DNA of 64,000 bases from positions 2,132 to 66,131 of the forward strand of contig CAZTYM010000004.1 in assembly GCA_964617475.1 (NCBI GenBank). Reading direction: 5' to 3'. The notes beneath the pieces are model-generated. The model searched no databases and was not told the origin of the DNA. It saw only the letters and a program-made list of their open reading frames with translations. Numbering within the stretch: the first letter of the stretch is position 1; each line of letters opens with the position of its first letter. Below are positions 59,220-64,000 of the stretch, in pieces. Source of the stretch: an uncultured Thiotrichales bacterium (GTDB taxonomy: Bacteria > Pseudomonadota > Gammaproteobacteria > GCA-2400775). The position numbers were made by a program, and so were the translations under genes.

Positions 59220-60386
59220 GTGGCCGCACGCAAGATCTCCTCATTTTTCACTTTATTGCTCATCGTTGTTGTTGCGTTCGTTGCTTATTATTTGATCGAA
59301 ACCAAGCCAGAGCCACAGGCTGCTATCGAAGTACGTCAACCAGTCAGTGTCACAGTTGTACCTGTTCAAAAGCGCGATATTCTACCTACTAAAACCGTCA
59401 GTGGCCGCTTACAAGCAGCGAAAAAGTTGGGTTTGCATTTTGAGGTCAGTGGCAGAGTAGCATCACGTTGGGTTGAGCCGGGGCAGCGCATAGCTTCGGG
59501 CGAGCCTTTGTTGGCACTAGAAAAGGGCGACTACCAAGATAGTGTGATTGATGCTAAAGCGCAGCTGGAACAAGAGCAGTCTGCGGTTGAACGGGATAAG
59601 CGTCTACTTGAAATTGCAAGTCGAAATACAGAATTGCAAGTAGCTGAAGTCAGTCGTCTTGAGCGTTTATCAAGTAATTCATTAGCAGCGCAATCACTGC
59701 TTGACGAAGCTCGTAAGTTATTGCTGCAATTGCGATCAGAGCAAGAAAGTTTAAGTTTTAGTGTCAATAGTGCGAAATCACGTATTGCCCTGCGTCAATC
59801 AGCATTACGCCGAGCACAGCGTAGCCTTGATCGCACCCGCCTTACTGCTCCGTTTAACAGTGTCATCAACAGCGTAGCTGTAGATGTAGGTGACTATATG
59901 ACAAGCGCAGAGGTGGCTATCGAATTATTTGAGCAAGATAAGTTCGACTTGTCTGTAGAAATTGATGGTGAAACTGCGCGTTCATTGCAGCTCGATCAAT
60001 CTGTGCCGGTTAATATCAATGGTTCAAGTCAAATCGGTACAGTGGTCGCTTTGCAAAGCGATCCAGATAGTGAAACGTTTACGCATGCCTTGCGTGTCCG
60101 CATACAAGGTGATGACTTATTGCCAGGGATGATTGCCAGTACCGAGCTACCTTTGCGTGCTCTGAACGAAGCGCTGGTTGTGCCAGTTACCGCCATTTTG
60201 CAAGAAGACGGTAGTGCTTATCTCTTCAAAGTGGTCAATGATAATTTGCAGCGCGTTTCTGTTACTGCTGGTCTGCGTGATGCCGATGATCAAGTAGTCA
60301 CGGGTGATATTGTAGCTGGCGATCTCATTGTTAGTCGCGATGTAGCTGCGCTTAGCGATGGCCAGACAATAGTTGTATTTCCCTAA
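59220..60386 (+). CDS. RND efflux periplasmic adaptor (MFP)
   Basis: N-terminal transmembrane segment, EVSGRV lipoyl half, coiled coil, TAPF, LPGM and VVP..A. Confidence 0.9.
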   Translation: MAARKISSFFTLLLIVVVAFVAYYLIETKPEPQAAIEVRQPVSVTVVPVQKRDILPTKTVSGRLQAAKKLGLHFEVSGRVASRWVEPGQRIASGEPLLALEKGDYQDSVIDAKAQLEQEQSAVERDKRLLEIASRNTELQVAEVSRLERLSSNSLAAQSLLDEARKLLLQLRSEQESLSFSVNSAKSRIALRQSALRRAQRSLDRTRLTAPFNSVINSVAVDVGDYMTSAEVAIELFEQDKFDLSVEIDGETARSLQLDQSVPVNINGSSQIGTVVALQSDPDSETFTHALRVRIQGDDLLPGMIASTELPLRALNEALVVPVTAILQEDGSAYLFKVVNDNLQRVSVTAGLRDADDQVVTGDIVAGDLIVSRDVAALSDGQTIVVFP

Positions 60387-60389
60387 GCT

Positions 60390-63300
60390 ATGTTTCTTGT
60401 CCGCTTTGCGATAAATAACCCGCTAATCACTAATCTGTTTTTATTATTGGTGATTACCATTGGAGTGATGTCCTGGCAGGCTATGCCGGAAGAGCTGTTC
60501 CCTGAAATTGTTACAGATAATGTATCTATTAGCACAATTTATGAAGGCGCTTCGCCTGAGGAAGTCGAGCGACAGATTACCCTACCAATCGAAGAAGAAT
60601 TTGATGGCTTGGCAGATATTGATGTCATTCGCTCAACCAGTATCGAAGGTAGCTCTGAGATTATTATTGAGCTGAAACCGGACTCTGACATCGAAGAATT
60701 CATGCGTGATAGCCAAACCGTGCTTGATCGTATAACAGAATTACCCGATGAGGCAGAAGAGCCCGAGCTGAGAAGATTCAAGCAACGTTTTCCCGTAATA
60801 AGCGTGGCCTTGTTTGGCGAAGTTAGCCGCAGCTATTTGATTGAGCTAGCTGATGATGTCAAACGACGCTTGCTGAGTATTGATGATGTTTCAAGTGCCA
60901 ACGTTAGTGGCCATCGAGACTGGGAGCTTTGGGTTATTGTTGACCCAGAGAAATTAGCCAGCTCCAAGACATCGCTATCGCAAGTCATCTCCGCGCTAAG
61001 AGATAATTTGCGTGATTTGCCTGGCGGCTCTATCGAAGCAAGAGAAGGTGATATTTTACTAAGAGGTAAGGGCATTAACCCGGATCCTGATAGTGTTTCA
61101 CGTCTGGTCATTGCTGCTAATGAAAATGGCGGTAATCTTGAGTTAGGACAATTAGCAGATATTGAAAGGCGTCTCGAAGAAAAAACAACATTAGGCCGAT
61201 TCAATGGCCAGCCTTCGGTCAATATTACTGTGACGAAAACTTCAGAGGGTTCATCTACCGATATTGCATATGACGTAAAAGAGCTAGTCAAAGAACTGAG
61301 TACGGAGTTGCCAGATAATATTAGCGTAGCCGCATTTAGTGACTTATCAGTTTATATTGAAACCCGTTTAAATACGGTCAAATCTTCGGGCATCGTTGGT
61401 TTAGCCCTGGTCTTATTGTCTCTATATTTGTTTTTAAATTTCCGCGTTGCCTTGATTACCGCCTTTGGTATCCCGGTTTCATTTTTGTTCGCGGTAATAT
61501 TAATGAATTACTCCGGCCAAAGTATCAACATGGTATCGATGTTTGCGTTCTTATTGGCTTTGGGAATGATTGTTGATGATGCCATTATTGTCACAGAGAA
61601 CATTTATCGCCATATGGAAATGGGTAAGTCACCGAGAGACGCAGCTTTAATCGGTGCAAGAGAAGTATTTTGGCCAGTGATCGCTGCAACTACTACCAGT
61701 GTGGCAGCGTTTTTACCTATGTTTGCGATAGGTGGAACGATGGGGCAATTTATTCAAGTTATTCCAATTGTCGTTAGCGCATGTTTGATTGGCTCCTTGC
61801 TGGAAGCATTTGCTGTTTTGCCCTCGCATGCGAGACAGTTTTTACGCGTTAAGCAGAGAAAAGAAGGGAAGCGTAATTATTGGTCTTTATTGTTAGAACA
61901 TTATGTCAAAGTTTTACGCTGGTGTGTCTTTAACCGTTATTTTGTCGCTGTAGCAACTGTTGGCGTATTAGTGGTTGTGGGCATATTTGCTTTTACTCGC
62001 ATGCCTTATATTATGTTTGGAAAACTAGACACAGGACAATTCTTTGTCAATATAGAAGCGCCAAATACTTACAGTCTGGAAGATACAACTGAACTAGCCA
62101 AGCGAGTAGAAAAAGCGATATTAGGCGTTGTAGAAGAGCGTGAACTTAATAGCATGCTGACAAATGTTGGTGTCAGTTTCATAGATTTTTCGGTATTTAA
62201 ATTTGGCAATAACTATATTCAGTATATTGTTGATCTTAATAAACGAAAGCCAGAGGGTTTTATCGAAACCTGGGTTTCACCATTAATTAGTTTCAAGTTT
62301 GATAATGAGGGAACTAGAGAGCGTACGACAACTACAGTATCAAATGCTATACGGGAGTGTTTAGAAACAGAACCAGGTATTCGTCGAGTTTCCATTGTTA
62401 GTACACAAGCAGGTCCGGCCGGAGCAGACATCGAAGTGGGTATTGCCAGCGAAACTGTTGAAGGCCTTCGAGGCGTCAGTGTCGAGCTTCGGGATTATTT
62501 GCGCCAGCTTCAAGGTGTTAAAGACGTTAATCAGGATTTTGAGCCTGGCAAACTTGAGTATCAATACAGTCTCAATGAACGTGGTCGGCAACTGGGCTTA
62601 ACACAAGTACAGTTGGCAGAAGCGGTACGTAGCGGTTTTCAAGGTTTAGAGGTAACCGAAGTTACTGTTGGCGATAAGCGTATGCCGGTAAGAGTCATTT
62701 ATCCAGAGTCAGTGCGCACCCATGCCGAAGATTTAGCATCGCTACGTATAGTTTTGCCGGGTGGTAAATCCGTATTTTTAGGTCAGGTTGCTGATATTGA
62801 AATTGGCCGTGGTTTTAATCAGGTTAAGCGACGCGACTTGAGACGGCTGGCGACAGTCACAGCCGAAGTCGATACCGACGTGACGACACCGCTGGATGTT
62901 ACAGCGCTTATAGATAAAGAGTTTGCAACAAGGTCAGACTTGCCTGAGTTTGAGCTTTTTTATCTCGGCGAAAAGCGCGAGGCTAATCGCTCTGTGGAAG
63001 ACATGCTGGATGCTTTGGTAATTGCATTGATCATTATCTTTTTTATTCTTGCGGCATTATTTAAGTCTTTGCTTGATCCGTTTGTGGTAATTGTTGCGAT
63101 TCCTTTTGGGTTGATCGGTGTGGTGATAGGTCATTTTGCGCTTGGTTTTCAGTTGCAATTTCTTTCACTTATCGGATTTTTGGCTTTATCTGGCATTGTG
63201 GTTAATGATTCATTGATTCTGATTGACTTTGCTAAGAAGCGCAGACAGGAAGGAATTGAGCGTATAGCAGCGGTAATAGAATCGGGTAGAGTGAGAACAC

Positions 63301-63533
63301 GGCCAATCTTACTTACTAGTATTACGACTTTTCTCGGCGTCTCACCGTTAATCTTTTTTGCGACAGGGCAAACGAAGATTTTGTCACCGATGGCAGTGAG
63401 TTTAGGTTTTGGACTGTTGTTTGCTACAGTTTTAATCTTGCTGGTCTTGCCTTGCTTTTATTTGATAGCTGACGATATGCGTAGTGCGGTGTTTCGTTTA
63501 TTTGGCTATAAAGTTTCTCCTGCAAAAGCGTAA
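60390..63533 (+). CDS. RND efflux permease (AcrB/AcrD/AcrF family)
   Basis: GASPEEVE, GMIVDDAIIV.EN, GIVVNDSL and R.RPILLTS.TT. Confidence 0.94.
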   Translation: MFLVRFAINNPLITNLFLLLVITIGVMSWQAMPEELFPEIVTDNVSISTIYEGASPEEVERQITLPIEEEFDGLADIDVIRSTSIEGSSEIIIELKPDSDIEEFMRDSQTVLDRITELPDEAEEPELRRFKQRFPVISVALFGEVSRSYLIELADDVKRRLLSIDDVSSANVSGHRDWELWVIVDPEKLASSKTSLSQVISALRDNLRDLPGGSIEAREGDILLRGKGINPDPDSVSRLVIAANENGGNLELGQLADIERRLEEKTTLGRFNGQPSVNITVTKTSEGSSTDIAYDVKELVKELSTELPDNISVAAFSDLSVYIETRLNTVKSSGIVGLALVLLSLYLFLNFRVALITAFGIPVSFLFAVILMNYSGQSINMVSMFAFLLALGMIVDDAIIVTENIYRHMEMGKSPRDAALIGAREVFWPVIAATTTSVAAFLPMFAIGGTMGQFIQVIPIVVSACLIGSLLEAFAVLPSHARQFLRVKQRKEGKRNYWSLLLEHYVKVLRWCVFNRYFVAVATVGVLVVVGIFAFTRMPYIMFGKLDTGQFFVNIEAPNTYSLEDTTELAKRVEKAILGVVEERELNSMLTNVGVSFIDFSVFKFGNNYIQYIVDLNKRKPEGFIETWVSPLISFKFDNEGTRERTTTTVSNAIRECLETEPGIRRVSIVSTQAGPAGADIEVGIASETVEGLRGVSVELRDYLRQLQGVKDVNQDFEPGKLEYQYSLNERGRQLGLTQVQLAEAVRSGFQGLEVTEVTVGDKRMPVRVIYPESVRTHAEDLASLRIVLPGGKSVFLGQVADIEIGRGFNQVKRRDLRRLATVTAEVDTDVTTPLDVTALIDKEFATRSDLPEFELFYLGEKREANRSVEDMLDALVIALIIIFFILAALFKSLLDPFVVIVAIPFGLIGVVIGHFALGFQLQFLSLIGFLALSGIVVNDSLILIDFAKKRRQEGIERIAAVIESGRVRTRPILLTSITTFLGVSPLIFFATGQTKILSPMAVSLGFGLLFATVLILLVLPCFYLIADDMRSAVFRLFGYKVSPAKA

Positions 63534-64000
63534 TGATGATGGATCAAGAAGATCGATTTGTTCGCTTGAGTCAATGGTTGCGAGAAGACCTCGGTATCGT
63601 ATTTTCCAAGTTAGTGCCGGCGTCGTCAGATGCAAGTTTTCGTCGTTACTTCCGCTTAATGACGAACGATGGCCCTTATGTCGTGATGGATGCGCCACCA
63701 GGTCGAGAAGATAGTCGGCCTTTTATTGAGATTGCCAAAACACTAAAGCGTTATGGTCTACATGTTCCAGAAGTGTTTGCAAGCGATCTTGATAATGGTT
63801 TTTTGCTTTTGACGGACATGGGTGAAACAGACTACCTATCTATGCTCAATAGTGACAACGCTGATCGTATGTATAAATCAGCGATTGATAGTTTGATCAC
63901 AATGCAAAGCGCTGGCAGTTCGCAAGGTTTAATATTGCCGAAATATGACCAGGATTTATTGTTGTCAGAGATGGCTTTATTTCGTGATTGGTTATTGCAA
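63533..64000 (+). CDS. amgK: AmgK-like anomeric MurNAc/GlcNAc kinase (aminoglycoside phosphotransferase fold), 3'-truncated
   Basis: Open frame from ATG 63533 to the window end: PASSDASFRRYFR, VVMDAPP, PF..IA..L and GFLLLTDMG. Confidence 0.88.
   Translation, partial: MMMDQEDRFVRLSQWLREDLGIVFSKLVPASSDASFRRYFRLMTNDGPYVVMDAPPGREDSRPFIEIAKTLKRYGLHVPEVFASDLDNGFLLLTDMGETDYLSMLNSDNADRMYKSAIDSLITMQSAGSSQGLILPKYDQDLLLSEMALFRDWLLQ

Noticed and set aside
5493-62601. Numerous other 60-150 aa ORFs overlapping gor, prlC, DASS, hemC, cyaA, ntrC, glnA, glyQ, sulP, surA, lptD and the RND gene
   Set aside because: Antisense or alternate-frame shadows of well-supported genes, with no independent motifs.
63484-63714. 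Short ORFs 63484-63714(+) and 63498-63698(-)
   Set aside because: The real gene is amgK in another frame starting at 63533. The track missed it because it has no stop inside the window.
1-64000. tRNA, rRNA, riboswitch, transposase or prophage genes
   Set aside because: No cloverleaf/T-loop, rRNA-like segment or DDE/tyrosine-recombinase/phage ORF was recognised by eye. A tRNAscan/Rfam run would be needed to exclude small RNAs.

Overview
Chromosomal window of a gammaproteobacterium (about 43% GC by eye). It is mostly core genes: aroE(partial)-ABC-2 pair-hslO, yrdA, gor, prlC-xthA, hemC-D-X-Y with algZ/algR-like genes, argH, cyaA-lptM-lysA, trmL, class-1 pyrD, glnA-DUF4124-ntrBC with sigma54/IHF/NtrC sites, glyQS-gmhB-plsC-slyD, lptD-surA-pdxA-rsmA, an RND pair and a partial amgK. 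Short accessory inserts include a RelE/ParE toxin-antitoxin pair, an FRG-domain gene bracketed by inverted REP-like repeats, an HTTM/SdpAB-like pair and several REP/palindromic elements. The most striking unexplained signal is at 3.3-5.4 kb. Three small paralogous secreted proteins each carry exactly three GR[LI]x[GA]Y motifs. Each is preceded, at an identical distance from a -10 hexamer, by a 37-bp four-tetramer N7-spaced box of the OxyR/LysR type. They lie among redox and stress genes (hslO, gor, prlC). Two small ORFs missing from the ORF track were found: lptM, and a 31-aa hydrophobic peptide with a perfect Shine-Dalgarno. No rRNA, tRNA, CRISPR array or transposase was recognised. All family calls come from motif recognition by eye, not from database searches.
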